64,000 bases of DNA from an uncultured delta proteobacterium. GTDB lineage: Bacteria; Desulfobacterota; Syntrophorhabdia; Syntrophorhabdales; WCHB1-27. The DNA is taken from NCBI GenBank assembly GCA_963810935.1, contig CAWEPK010000010.1:1-64000 (forward strand), read 5' to 3'. The notes under the pieces are model-generated. The model did not search any database, was not told the DNA's origin, and was given only the letters and a program-made list of their open reading frames with translations. This document shows positions 1 through 11,111 of this stretch, piece after piece (within the stretch, counting starts at the first letter, position 1; each line of letters starts with the position of its first letter). A program made the position numbers and the translations under genes.

Positions 1-1553
<1,553 letters not shown>

Positions 1554-1597
1554 AACTTGACACCTGATTGTTAAAATAGGGGCCTAACTATTTTTTA

Positions 1598-1610
1598 TTG
1601 TCAAAGAACA
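1598..1610 (-). promoter_or_regulatory. rRNA antitermination BoxA-like element
   Basis: Minus strand TGTTCTTTGACA, close to the BoxA consensus TGCTCTTTAACA, in the rrs leader. Confidence 0.65.
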
Positions 1611-1638
1611 GTAAAACAACAACTTTCTGCGAGTTGTT

Positions 1639-1666
1639 ATTATAATCTCTTCCGCTACAAAGTCAA
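1639..1666 (-). promoter_or_regulatory. sigma70-type rRNA promoter (proximal)
   Basis: Minus strand TTGACT-N16-TATAAT. Confidence 0.7.
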
Positions 1667-1713
1667 GAGGTCTTCGATTAACTTACAAAGAGCCGCTTCA
1701 ACCGCAGGAGGAG

Positions 1714-1743
1714 AGTATAGCACCTTCGCGTACTTCCTGTCAA
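1714..1743 (-). promoter_or_regulatory. sigma70-type rRNA promoter (middle)
   Basis: Minus strand TTGACA-N18-TATACT. Confidence 0.65.
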
Positions 1744-1825
1744 CAACCAAAAAGCCGCCGAAGGCACTTTATTTAAGCGTTCTGAAAGAACAATCCAACG
1801 CCTCGACAAACACGCGAGGAGACCT

Positions 1826-1853
1826 ATTATACGCCTATTCTTCCCGATGTCAA
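1826..1853 (-). promoter_or_regulatory. sigma70-type rRNA promoter (distal)
   Basis: Minus strand TTGACA-N16-TATAAT, perfect consensus hexamers. Confidence 0.75.
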
Positions 1854-1988
1854 TAGTTAAGTCGGGCCTTCGGGCCAAACCGCTCCGTCCCCGTCGAAAA
1901 TGTAAAGGGACAGCCTATCCTACACGCAAAACAGCCGGTGAATAGCGCGCTACACCGTGCAAAAGATCCCGGCCCCTCGGGTGAGTAT

Positions 1989-2021
1989 AAAAAAAGAGGG
2001 GTGGTTGCCCACCCCTCTTTT
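1989..2021 (-). terminator. Rho-independent terminator after gcdA
   Basis: GAGGGGTGG-TTGC-CCACCCCTC stem-loop with an A7 tract on the plus strand (U7 on minus). Confidence 0.8.
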
Positions 2022-2038
2022 GCTCGCTTTGTAACTGG

Positions 2039-3760
2039 TTACCCCTTGATGAGGCGGGGCAGTATCATCTGGTGCTGCGGGCAGATCGAAGTCGGGTTCT
2101 GGTAGCAGCAGTTCGCGAAGGCCACGAAATACTTTCTCAGGTCCGCCATCTTTACCACCTCGTCGACCATACCCGTCTTCGCACAGTAGGCGGGTCTCGA
2201 CTTGTCGTAATATTCCTTGACCGTCTTGTTCATCTGCTCGATCACGGGCGCGAGCGGCTTGCCCGCGTCTTTCTCCTTCACGAGTCTCCTCGCGAAGCTC
2301 GCCACCGCGGCCGTCTCGCCGTGCATGACGTATATCTCCGTGGTCGCCGTGCCTATGGTGAAGGCGTTGTTGTTGTTCGCCTGCGGCCCCGCCATGATAT
2401 AGTGCGCGGCCGCCGTACCCTTCCGGAGCACTACGGTCATCATGGGGGAGTCGTTCGCCTGCTCGATGGAGTAGATGAGCGACTGCCCGAGGCCGAGAAG
2501 CTCCGCCTTCTCGGCGAGGTCGCCGACGTCGATGCCCGTCGTGTCCTGGATCCAGAGCATGGGCACCCTGTCTCTGCCGCACAGGCTGACGAACTCGTTC
2601 ACCTTGATGAGCCCTTCCCTATAGAACTTGCCGCCGATGCCGGGGTACGGCGCATACTTCGGGTAGCCCCTCGGCAGCATGCCCTGCTTGTTCGCGACAA
2701 CGCCGATGAGGAACCCGTCGATCTTGACTAGGCCCGTGTAGAGCTCCGGGCCGTATTCGGGACGGAATTCCATGTGCTCGCTGCCGTCGACGAGCCTTGA
2801 GAGGAACTGGTAGATGTCGTAGGTCATCTTCTGGTTGAAGGAGACGACGTGGTAGAGGTCTTCGGCCGGGAACGCGGGCGCGGCCGGCTCCGCCACCCTG
2901 AAGAACCTGCCGTCGTAGGCCGGCAGGTAGGTGACCCATTCCTTCACTGCGTCGAGTATCGACTCTTCCGTCTGGAAGACCTGTTTGAAGAAGCCCGTCT
3001 CGTCGTAGTGGATCGCAACCCTGCCCGGAGGCACTGACTTGAACTTCCTGGTGGCTTCGATGATCTGCTCGGCCATACCCTCGTCGAAGAACCCCTTGGG
3101 GGCCATGCCGCTGACTATCCCCGCGCCGCCGACGGCGATGTTGCAGTCCTTATGGGCGAGGAGCAGCGTGGGGCTGATACCCTGGTAGCCGCCGCCTGCC
3201 GGGTTCGTCCCGTAGATGGCCGCAAGCACGGGTATGCCCAGCTTGTTCAACTCTGCGTGCCTGAAGAACGTAGTGCCGTTGCCACGCCTGTTGGCATAGA
3301 CCTTCTCCTGCTCCGTCAGCTTGACGCCCGAGCAGTTGACGAGCCACACGAGCGGGCAATGGAGCCTTTTCGCTATGTCCGTGACCCGGAGGATATTGTC
3401 CGACTGGCCCGCGATCCAGGCGCCCGCCATGACCTTGTTGTCGAAGCCGATTATCACGCACCACCGGCCGTTTATCCTGCCGAGGCCGTCGACGACGCCT
3501 GTCGTCCCCGACTCTTCCTCCATGGGGTCGTAAAGCATGTGGAGGGGCGCCCAGGTGCCCTTGTCCACTATGTACTCAAGGCGCTGGTGGACCGTCCACT
3601 CGCCCCTCTTCGCAAGAACTTCCTTAGGAAGGCCGGCATTCATTTTCTCTTCCAACAGCTTGCCGATCTCCTGCTCGACTTTCTTGATCTCCTCGGCGTT
3701 TGCCGCGTTTTCCTTCACGGGTTTTCCGAATGGCTGCATTTTCTCGAAATACGGTCTCAT
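2039..3760 (-). CDS. gcdA: Glutaconyl-CoA decarboxylase alpha (carboxyltransferase) subunit
   Basis: 573 aa; NCSGVKL, GTNPAGGGY, QDTTGIDVG, RKGTAAAHY and C-terminal YQNPTSICPQHQMILPR closely match GcdA as I recall it. Confidence 0.9.
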   Translation of the reverse strand: MRPYFEKMQPFGKPVKENAANAEEIKKVEQEIGKLLEEKMNAGLPKEVLAKRGEWTVHQRLEYIVDKGTWAPLHMLYDPMEEESGTTGVVDGLGRINGRWCVIIGFDNKVMAGAWIAGQSDNILRVTDIAKRLHCPLVWLVNCSGVKLTEQEKVYANRRGNGTTFFRHAELNKLGIPVLAAIYGTNPAGGGYQGISPTLLLAHKDCNIAVGGAGIVSGMAPKGFFDEGMAEQIIEATRKFKSVPPGRVAIHYDETGFFKQVFQTEESILDAVKEWVTYLPAYDGRFFRVAEPAAPAFPAEDLYHVVSFNQKMTYDIYQFLSRLVDGSEHMEFRPEYGPELYTGLVKIDGFLIGVVANKQGMLPRGYPKYAPYPGIGGKFYREGLIKVNEFVSLCGRDRVPMLWIQDTTGIDVGDLAEKAELLGLGQSLIYSIEQANDSPMMTVVLRKGTAAAHYIMAGPQANNNNAFTIGTATTEIYVMHGETAAVASFARRLVKEKDAGKPLAPVIEQMNKTVKEYYDKSRPAYCAKTGMVDEVVKMADLRKYFVAFANCCYQNPTSICPQHQMILPRLIKG

Positions 3761-3985
3761 CCTTCTTCCCTCCGGTGGGTTTTTATATTGTTATAGATTT
3801 CACAATTATATTTTTCGGCGTGCCTGTTTGTCAATAGAAAACGGCGGGCGACTGCGGCAATCCGCCTCTATTTTCGCGCTCTTTTCAAACTCAAGGGTCG
3901 TTTGTGACAATTTTCGCAATGGCTCACATGGGCAAGCGAGGAAGATGTGGGGGGGCGGGACGCCCCGCCCCCCACCGTTCAATGC

Positions 3986-5272
3986 CTAGTGCTTGAATAA
4001 CCGCTGGCCCGCAAATACCATAGTCACGCCTGCCTCGTTACAAGCCTGTATGACCTCAAAGTCCCTTTCCGAGCCGCCCGGCTGGATAACGCCCGTCGCG
4101 CCTTCCTTTATGGCTGCGTCTACCCCGTCCCTGAACGGGAAAAAACCGTCGGATACGACAACGGAGCCGAGGAGGCCGCCTTTTTGTGCCCGCGTGTATT
4201 CCTCGATCCCCTTCAGGTCCTCCATGCGCCTCTTGCCCGCCTCCGCTTCCAGCCTGAACACCGCCAAAGGCACGCCGAATTTCTTGAATACCTGTGCATC
4301 CATAAATTTGGTGTACGCTTTGAACACGGCGATCTCCACAACGCCTACCCTGTCCTGCTCGCCGGTACCTATGGCCACGGTCGCCCCATCCTTCACGAAA
4401 AGGGCTGAGTTGGAGCTGACGCCCGACTCAACGTACCAGCCGAAAAGCATGTCCTCTAACTCGCGCTCGGTCGGCGCCCTTGAAACTTTGTATGTCTCTC
4501 CCTTGTACGTGGTCTCGGCGGGCTTCAAATCGCCCTTCCCCTTGATCTTCAGCGGCTGCGACTCCTGGATAATGAGCCCTCCGTCCATGAGCGACTTGAA
4601 GTCGATGATCCGCTTGGTCTTGTACTTCTGGAGCTTCTCGATCTCCTTGATTTGCAGTATGCGGAGGTTCTTCCATTTCTTAAGGATATCGAGCGCGGCC
4701 CCTGAGTAGTCCGGGGCGCAGACGACCTCGAAATAATAAGGGACCATCGCCTTGGCCGTCTCTTCGTCAAGGGTCTTTGTGAAGACTACGGCGCCGCCGA
4801 ACGCAGCAATGCGGTCGCACCAGAACGCCTTCTCGAACGCCTCGGCGGTCGTCGCGCCCTGCGCTGCCCCGCAGGGGTTGTTGTGCTTCATGATGGTGCA
4901 GGCCGGCTTCGCGTCCAGAAAACGGAGGATATTGAGCGCATTATCCACGTCCGTCAGGTTGATCTTGCCGGGGTGCTTGCCCACCTGGAGCTGGTCGGAC
5001 TCGGTGAGCTTGCTCACCAGGCCCGCATCGAAATCGAAGAAGCGCACGTCGCCGAGAACGATGTTGCCGTTGACCAACTCGTAAAGAGCGGCCGGCTGAT
5101 CGGGGTTCTCGCCATATCGGATGCCCCGCTCGACGTCCGCCTTTTCGTCCGCGTCGTAGATGGACCAGGTTCTTTTCCGGTACGAGAGCTTCTGCCCACC
5201 CATGTCGATGGTGATTGTGTCAGGGAACCGGTCCTGTACTACCTTTTTGTACATCTCTTTAATCTCAGCCAT
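3986..5272 (-). CDS. purH: PurH-like AICAR transformylase-domain protein (no N-terminal MGS-like IMP cyclohydrolase domain visible)
   Basis: RYGENPDQ, MKHNNPCG, AFGG, SDGFFPFRDG, IQPGGS, terminal RLFKH. Confidence 0.8.
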   Translation of the reverse strand: MAEIKEMYKKVVQDRFPDTITIDMGGQKLSYRKRTWSIYDADEKADVERGIRYGENPDQPAALYELVNGNIVLGDVRFFDFDAGLVSKLTESDQLQVGKHPGKINLTDVDNALNILRFLDAKPACTIMKHNNPCGAAQGATTAEAFEKAFWCDRIAAFGGAVVFTKTLDEETAKAMVPYYFEVVCAPDYSGAALDILKKWKNLRILQIKEIEKLQKYKTKRIIDFKSLMDGGLIIQESQPLKIKGKGDLKPAETTYKGETYKVSRAPTERELEDMLFGWYVESGVSSNSALFVKDGATVAIGTGEQDRVGVVEIAVFKAYTKFMDAQVFKKFGVPLAVFRLEAEAGKRRMEDLKGIEEYTRAQKGGLLGSVVVSDGFFPFRDGVDAAIKEGATGVIQPGGSERDFEVIQACNEAGVTMVFAGQRLFKH

Positions 5273-5342
5273 ATCTTCTCCTTATGTGGTCAAGTCTCCG
5301 CCTTCCGATCCTGCCTTCCCTCACCCCTTGGCCAGAGCCCTT

Positions 5343-7232
5343 CTACTTCATAACCCCCCAGATTGCCTCGGCCATCGATTCTATGTCGAGCCGCTCGGCC
5401 TTAAGGACGTCTTCCGTGTCGCCCGACAGGCCGTAGCGCGTCACGCCGAATCGCGCGAGCCGCCCCTTGTACCCGTGCTCAAGGAGCCAGAATGCAACCG
5501 TCGGAGCAATACCTGTGGCCGGGTTATGGTCTTCATATGTAAAGATATAAGGCGCCTGGAGCAATTGCCCCATCGTCTCCTCGTCGACCGCGGCCACGCA
5601 GGGCATGTTGATTACGGCCAGCGACGCGTGCTTCTGGGCCAGCGCGGTCCTTATCTTTATCGCCCGGTCGAGCATACCGCCGTACGCAATGATCGCACCG
5701 TCCGTGCCCGGCCTGATCGTGTCCATCCGGCCGTACACAAAACGGTAGCCGTTGGAGAAAAACGGACTGCCCTTCTCATCGCAGATTACGGGCCATGCCG
5801 ATCTGCCGGCGCCGATCATGAAATTCCCCTGCGTAGCTGCCGCGTGGCGGACGGCGCGGTCCGTCTGGTTCGCGTCCGCCGGAACCACCGGCTTGAAGCC
5901 GTAAAGGTTTCGCGCAAGGCCGATGTAGTCGATGCACTGGTGCGTCTTGCCGTCCTGGCCCACGTCGAGACCGCAGTGCGTCAGCACGAGCTTCAGGTTC
6001 GTCTGGTTTATGTCGTTCAGCCGCTGCTGGTTGTATGTCTCGTCCATGCCGAAGACGCCGAAGTCGGCAAAGAAGGTAACAATGCCCATTGCGGAGAGGG
6101 CGCCGCTCACGGTAGCCGTGTTATGCTCCTGCACGCCTCCCTGGAAGAAATAGTCCGGATAAGCCTTCGCGAAGTCTCCCGTTTTGACGGATGTAGCCAG
6201 GTCGCAGTCGAATACGCAGACCGGCCTGCCGGCAGCGATATTCTTGTCGCCCAAGTCTTTCAGGGCCTTGCCGAAGGCGCTCCTGTTGTCGAGCTTGCTG
6301 TCCGGCGGGTATGTGAAGGGCTCGCCGGGTTCTAAGCCCTGCCCGTTACGGACGGCGGATGGCTTCCACTCCCAAGTCCCTTTGCGTTTCTGCCTGTAGC
6401 GCTCCGTGCCGTCCTCCAGGCCGAGGATCGACATGGCTTCCGCCATCTCACCCGCGTTGAGCGGCATGCCGTGATACTGCGCCTTGCCCTCCATGAAAGG
6501 GACGCCGTGGCCGATGACGGTGCGGGCAATCACGCATACGGGGTTTGCCGCGGCCTTCGCCGCCTTCAGCGCCCGGTAAAGCGCGTCGAAGTCATGGCCG
6601 TAAACATCGATCACGTCCCATCCGTCCGCGCGGTAGTCGTCGGCGATGTTGACCGGCATAACCATGTCCGTTGCACCGCTTATCTGGATGCCGTTGCAAT
6701 CGACGACCACGGTGATATTGGAAAGGCCGTACTTGCGGGCGAACCTGCGCGCCTCGGCCACCTGCCCCTTCGCCTGCTCGCCGTCGCTCATCATGACGTA
6801 GACGTGGTACTGCTCTTTCTTAAGGGCGGCGGCCAGCGCAAAGCCGCAGCCCGCGGAAAGCCCCTGCCCGAGGTTGCCCGTCGACCAGTCCATGAAAGGA
6901 AGGCCCCTGACGACGTGCCCCTCGTAGGGGCTACTCACGCTCCTGAAAAACGCGACTACTTCGTCGGGCGGCAGATGGCCCAGGCGGGCGAGCGCCGCGT
7001 ATACGCCGGGCGACGTATGGCCGTGGCTCACCACGATCCGGTCCCTGTTCGGCCCGGCAAGGTCGGCGTATGAAAGAACGACGAGGTACATCTCTAACGA
7101 CGACATAGCGCCACCCGGATGGCCTGAAGCCGCCAGGTGCGTCATCGTCAGGACATCGCCCCGTGCGAGACGGGCTGTCTCCTGCATGCGGTCGATTTCT
7201 TCGGCTGTCAAACCCTCACGATCAAACGACAT
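5343..7232 (-). CDS. tkt: Transketolase
   Basis: SGHPGG, SHGH, STGNLGQG, TPP motif SDGE...N, DGKTHQ; ATG at 7232 has a GGAGGGG RBS. Confidence 0.9.
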   Translation of the reverse strand: MSFDREGLTAEEIDRMQETARLARGDVLTMTHLAASGHPGGAMSSLEMYLVVLSYADLAGPNRDRIVVSHGHTSPGVYAALARLGHLPPDEVVAFFRSVSSPYEGHVVRGLPFMDWSTGNLGQGLSAGCGFALAAALKKEQYHVYVMMSDGEQAKGQVAEARRFARKYGLSNITVVVDCNGIQISGATDMVMPVNIADDYRADGWDVIDVYGHDFDALYRALKAAKAAANPVCVIARTVIGHGVPFMEGKAQYHGMPLNAGEMAEAMSILGLEDGTERYRQKRKGTWEWKPSAVRNGQGLEPGEPFTYPPDSKLDNRSAFGKALKDLGDKNIAAGRPVCVFDCDLATSVKTGDFAKAYPDYFFQGGVQEHNTATVSGALSAMGIVTFFADFGVFGMDETYNQQRLNDINQTNLKLVLTHCGLDVGQDGKTHQCIDYIGLARNLYGFKPVVPADANQTDRAVRHAAATQGNFMIGAGRSAWPVICDEKGSPFFSNGYRFVYGRMDTIRPGTDGAIIAYGGMLDRAIKIRTALAQKHASLAVINMPCVAAVDEETMGQLLQAPYIFTYEDHNPATGIAPTVAFWLLEHGYKGRLARFGVTRYGLSGDTEDVLKAERLDIESMAEAIWGVMK

Positions 7233-7271
7233 ACCTTCCCCTCCCTTGGATACCAAACAACCCCTGAATCC

Positions 7272-7913
7272 TTACGACCCCTCGTAGTTTCCTTCCAGGT
7301 AATAATCACAAACGTCTTTCAGCGAGCAGCGAGGGCAATCCGGCTTTTTCGCCCTGCAGATGTACCTGCCGTGGAGGATCGTGAGGAGCGAGAACGCCGT
7401 CCATTGCGCTTCCGGCACGATCTTTTTCAGGTCCTCCTCTATCCGCTCCGGCCGCTTGTTTTTCGTAAGGCCGATGCGGCCGCTCACCCTCGCAACGTGT
7501 GTATCTACGATGATTGCAGGCTTGCCGTAGGCAAGGCCCACAATCATGTTGGCCGACTTGCGCCCTATGCCTTTTACCGTAGCGAGCGTATCGATGTCGT
7601 CGGGGACCCGCCCGCCGAACCTCTCCCCGATCTCGCCCGCTATGTTCTTGAGGCTGCGCGCCTTGTTATGGTAAAAGCCCGTCTCCTTAATGTCCTCTTC
7701 CAGCTCCGGCACAGGTGCGTTGATATAGTCCTGCGCCTTCTTATACTTTTTGAAGAGGCGCTCAGTCACGCGGTTGACGCGCTCGTCGGTGCACTGGGCG
7801 GAGAGGACGGTAGCGACGGTCAGCTCAAGCGGGTTCGACCAGTTAAGCTCTACACGGGGTTTGCCGTGCATGGCTTTCAGCCGCTTTATAATGGCGTTAA
7901 TCTCTTTTGCCAT
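7272..7913 (-). CDS. nth: Endonuclease III
   Basis: LSAQCTD, HhH GIGRKSA, VDTHV, 4Fe-4S motif C-x6-C-x2-C-x5-C. Confidence 0.95.
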   Translation of the reverse strand: MAKEINAIIKRLKAMHGKPRVELNWSNPLELTVATVLSAQCTDERVNRVTERLFKKYKKAQDYINAPVPELEEDIKETGFYHNKARSLKNIAGEIGERFGGRVPDDIDTLATVKGIGRKSANMIVGLAYGKPAIIVDTHVARVSGRIGLTKNKRPERIEEDLKKIVPEAQWTAFSLLTILHGRYICRAKKPDCPRCSLKDVCDYYLEGNYEGS

Positions 7914-9631
7914 TTCTCACCTCGCTGAATAGGTCTTTCATCCCTTTGGCGTCCCTGGTGTTGGCTACATCATTTGCCGTGAGCCAGCCTTTTCTTGCAA
8001 TCCCTATCCCGTAGAAAAGCTCCGCCAGCCCGGCCGCATGGTGGGCATCCGGGTCGATGGAAATAGCGACGCCCTTCGCCGCCGCCTCGGGCAGGTACCG
8101 CCAGTCGATATCAAGGCGGTACGGGCTCGCGTTCAGCTCGATAACAACGTGAAGGCGCGCCGCTTCCTCTAAGATGCGCGACATGTCCACCTTGTAGCCG
8201 TCCCTGGCCAGAAGGAGCCTTCCCGTAGGATGGCCGAGGATTGTCGTGTAGGGGTTCTCCATAGCCTTCACGATGCGTGCTTCCATCTCTTCCTGACCCA
8301 TCGAGAAGCCCGAACGTACGGACGCCACTACGAAGTCGAAGCCTTCGAGCAGCTCGTCGTCGTAGTCGAGGCTCCCGTCGGCCAGTATGTCGCTTTCTAT
8401 GCCCTTGAAGAAGGTGAAGCCTTCATTTTCCGCGTTGAACTCGTCGATCGCTTCCCACTGCCTCAGCACGTCGTCAGGCTTCAGGCCCCCTGCGTAATAT
8501 GCGCTTTTCGAATGGTCGCAGATGCCGACGTAAGAGAGGTCGAGGTTGCGCGCGGCGTCGCAGATGGCGCGCAGGTCGGACGAGCCGTCGCTCATGCTCG
8601 TGTGCACGTGGAGCGTGCCTTTAAGGTCGGCCGTCTCGACAAGGCGGGGCAGCGTTCCCGATGCTGCGGCCGCGATCTCGCCCCTGTCCTCGCGCAGCTC
8701 CGGGGGGACGTAGGAGAGCCCGAGGAACTCATAGATGTCCACCTCCGCTGCGACTAAAGGGCCGGCCTGCCTGCCAGATTTGGAGAGGCCCTGCTCGTTC
8801 GGGACAAAGCCTTTTCGTTCTGCCGGCTCGCAGAGGCGCGACGTGTGGGCGGCGCTCCCTGTAAAATAAAGGACGGCGAAAGGGAAGGAACGCGCCTCCA
8901 CGACGGTCATGCGCGCCTCTACCCCCGTTACGAGCATGCAGGCGATGCGCCCGCCGTACCCTGTCCGCACCTCTTCTATTTCCGGAAAGGAGGCCAGGTG
9001 GGCCGATATCTCCGCCGGGTCGCCTCCGCCGACTACGATATCGACGTTTCTCACTACCTCTTTCTTGCGCCTTATGCTGCCGCAGGCTTCAACGAGGCCG
9101 CCCGGCACAATCCGGCCGAGGCGCTCTTTAAGCCTCATCGCCAGGGGATAGACGTCCACAAAAAGGTGTTCTCCCTTGTGGCGCCTCAGGAATTCGATGC
9201 CCTTGACGATCCTTTCCTGCGTCTTGGCGCCGAAGCGGAAAAGGCTGACGAGGCGGTTCTCCTTGCAGGCGTACTCCAGCTCTCCCAGGGAAGAGACGCC
9301 CAGTTTCTCGAACAGGAGCCTTATCTTGCCCGGCCCGAGGTTGGGTACCTGCAGCAGACTCCAGGAGCGTAGGCGGGATCTTCCTCGCCAGCTCCTCGTA
9401 AAAGGCCATCCTGCCCGTATCGTGATATTCGGTGATGTTGGCGGAAAGGGTCGCCCCGATGCCTTTGATCGTCTTTAGGCGCCCTTCCATTATGAGTGAA
9501 TCGAGGTCATCGAGGCCCGCGACCACCTTCGCCGCGTTGTGGTAGGCTTTTGCTCTGAAGGGGTTTTCTCCTTCGATCTCCAGCAGGGCCGCGATCTCCT
9601 CCAGAATGGCTGGAAGCGATCTGAGCTGCAT
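7897..9631 (-). pseudogene. polX: DNA polymerase X / PHP exonuclease, split by one +1 frameshift near 9360 (possibly a sequencing error)
   Basis: N-terminal GENPFRAKAY and IKGIG in 9128..9631; removing one base at GAG-T-CTG continues LLQVPNLGPGK...IVKGIEFL in frame into 7897..9159, which has GSIRR, YFTGS, PPELRE and PHP motifs HVHT, CDHS, GHPTGR, DAH. Confidence 0.85.
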
Positions 9632-9740
9632 CAGTTATTATCATACAGGGGGCGAAAAGATGTCAATAAAGCAATAACCCATTTTGAGTCTCAAAACGGG
9701 TTATTGCTTGCCGGCAGGGCCGCCCCGAGGCGGCGGCAGG

Positions 9741-10586
9741 TTAGTAGTACCTCCCGTTCGCTTCCTCGCCGATGATGGCGAAGTTTGCTTTTGACGTCGC
9801 TAACGGGTCGGATTTCCATGAGAAGCCTATCGAGGGTACCTCGACTGCTGCTTCGAGTTGGGCTGTCGCCTTGAAGCCCTCGATCCGGAACTGCTTTGCC
9901 GGGTCGGCGTATGAAATCTTCTCGCCTGTCGCTTTCCAGACTATCGTTATGTCCATCCTGGCGGGTGTTGTCTGTGCCTGGAATGCAGGCCACGCAGGCT
10001 GGTCTATTATTCCTATGCCTTTCATTTGAAGGATCGCGGTCTTTCCGTCATCGCTCCAGGTGATTCCGCCTTCCGGCACCGGTACTACCCAGTAAAGACC
10101 GCAGAATCCCACCGGGGGATGAAAGTCGTGCATCTGATTGGCCGGGGCAACCTGCCCCTTGAAAAGGGTGAGTCACAGGTGGGCGAAGGTCCCCTTGCGG
10201 GCTGCGCGGCCGGTGAAATACCCGCCTTGCATGAAAGAATTGTCGGTGGTCGGGCTTCCGAAGGGGATGCGGTTCCCTTTATTGTCCGTCCCCATGCCCG
10301 TAAAGTCGCTGCACCTGGCGACCTTCCCCTTGAAATGATAGATGCTGGAAGGCTCGTTGCCCGGCCCGGCCGGCTGATTATGACTGCCGTTCTTGTCAAG
10401 CCACGGGATGGGATAGGGGTACGTGCTGCCGTCGTACACGAATTGGCCTGACCCTTCCGAGGCAGCCGCAGCCTTTGCCGACCCGGGCAAAGATAGAGCG
10501 GATGATAGGGCGAGGGCCAGCCCCGAAGCAAGGAAACCGCGTCTGCCGCAAGCGGGCATCGCGGGCGAATCTCTCCCTGAATCCAT
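9741..10586 (-). CDS. Putative Tat-exported selenoprotein, 281 aa, Sec candidate at codon 138 (TGA at 10173-10175)
   Basis: RRGFL twin-arginine signal with AKA cleavage site; TGA followed by 13 sense codons (LTLFKGQVAPANQ) in frame with the 9741..10133 ORF; SECIS-like hairpin directly 3' of the TGA. Confidence 0.7.
10144..10175 (-). promoter_or_regulatory. Candidate bacterial SECIS element
   Basis: mRNA UGA-CUCACCCUUUUCAA-GGGGCA-GGU-UGCCCC; G-containing apical loop 21-23 nt after UGA; GCAGGUUGC resembles the E. coli fdhF SECIS apex GCAGGUCUGC. Confidence 0.65.
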
Positions 10587-10722
10587 GGGTACCTCCTGCT
10601 CGATTATGGTTTGTCCCTGTGAAACTTAAGTCCCTGTCCGCCCGTTCGCAATGACCGCCGCGATCATGGCGTGAAATGGAGAGATCTGTCCGGGAAGCCG
10701 GATGCCGTGTGGCAGGTAAGTG

Positions 10723-10796
10723 CGCGCCCGGCAGGATTTGAACCTGCGGCCTTCGGCTCCGGAGGCCGACGCTCTATCCAGCTGAGCCACGGGCGC
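10723..10796 (-). tRNA. tRNA-Arg(CCG), CCA not encoded
   Basis: GCGCCCG/CGGGCGC acceptor stem, D-arm GCTCAGCTGGATAGAGC, anticodon loop CTCCGGA, T-loop GGTTCAAATCC. Confidence 0.97.
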
Positions 10797-10887
10797 AATA
10801 GGTAAAGATTATAACTCAGAATACCCGTAAAAACCACTTCACGATCCTTTTAATATAAAAGGTGCGGCGCCGCGGCGAAAGCACTTA

Positions 10888-11031
10888 GGACCGAGGGGGC
10901 CGGAGGAAATCTCGATGGATTTCGCGTTGCTTTTCGACGAAGCGAGCCGGAGCATACGTTTTGTGTATGTGAGGACTCGCGCCCGAGAAAACGACGCGAA
11001 AGACGCGAGATTAACCCGGTCCCCTCGGCCC
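10888..11031. repeat. ~140-bp imperfect palindrome (ERIC/MITE-like element or structured RNA)
   Basis: Nested inverted arms CCGAGGGGGCCGG/CCGGTCCCCTCGG, AATCTCG/CGAGATT, TTCGCGTTG/CGACGCGAA, GCGAG/CTCGC, CATAC/GTATG. Confidence 0.55.
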
Positions 11032-11111
11032 GCGCCCAAGGAAAAGGATTGACAGCTTATTCCAAGGCTGATAGCTTTAAGGAATTGCGAACCGCTAGGG
11101 AGGGCCATTTT

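Noticed and set aside
9640..10796. Integrated element at the tRNA-Arg 3' end
   Set aside because: No integrase and no duplicated tRNA 3' end were seen.
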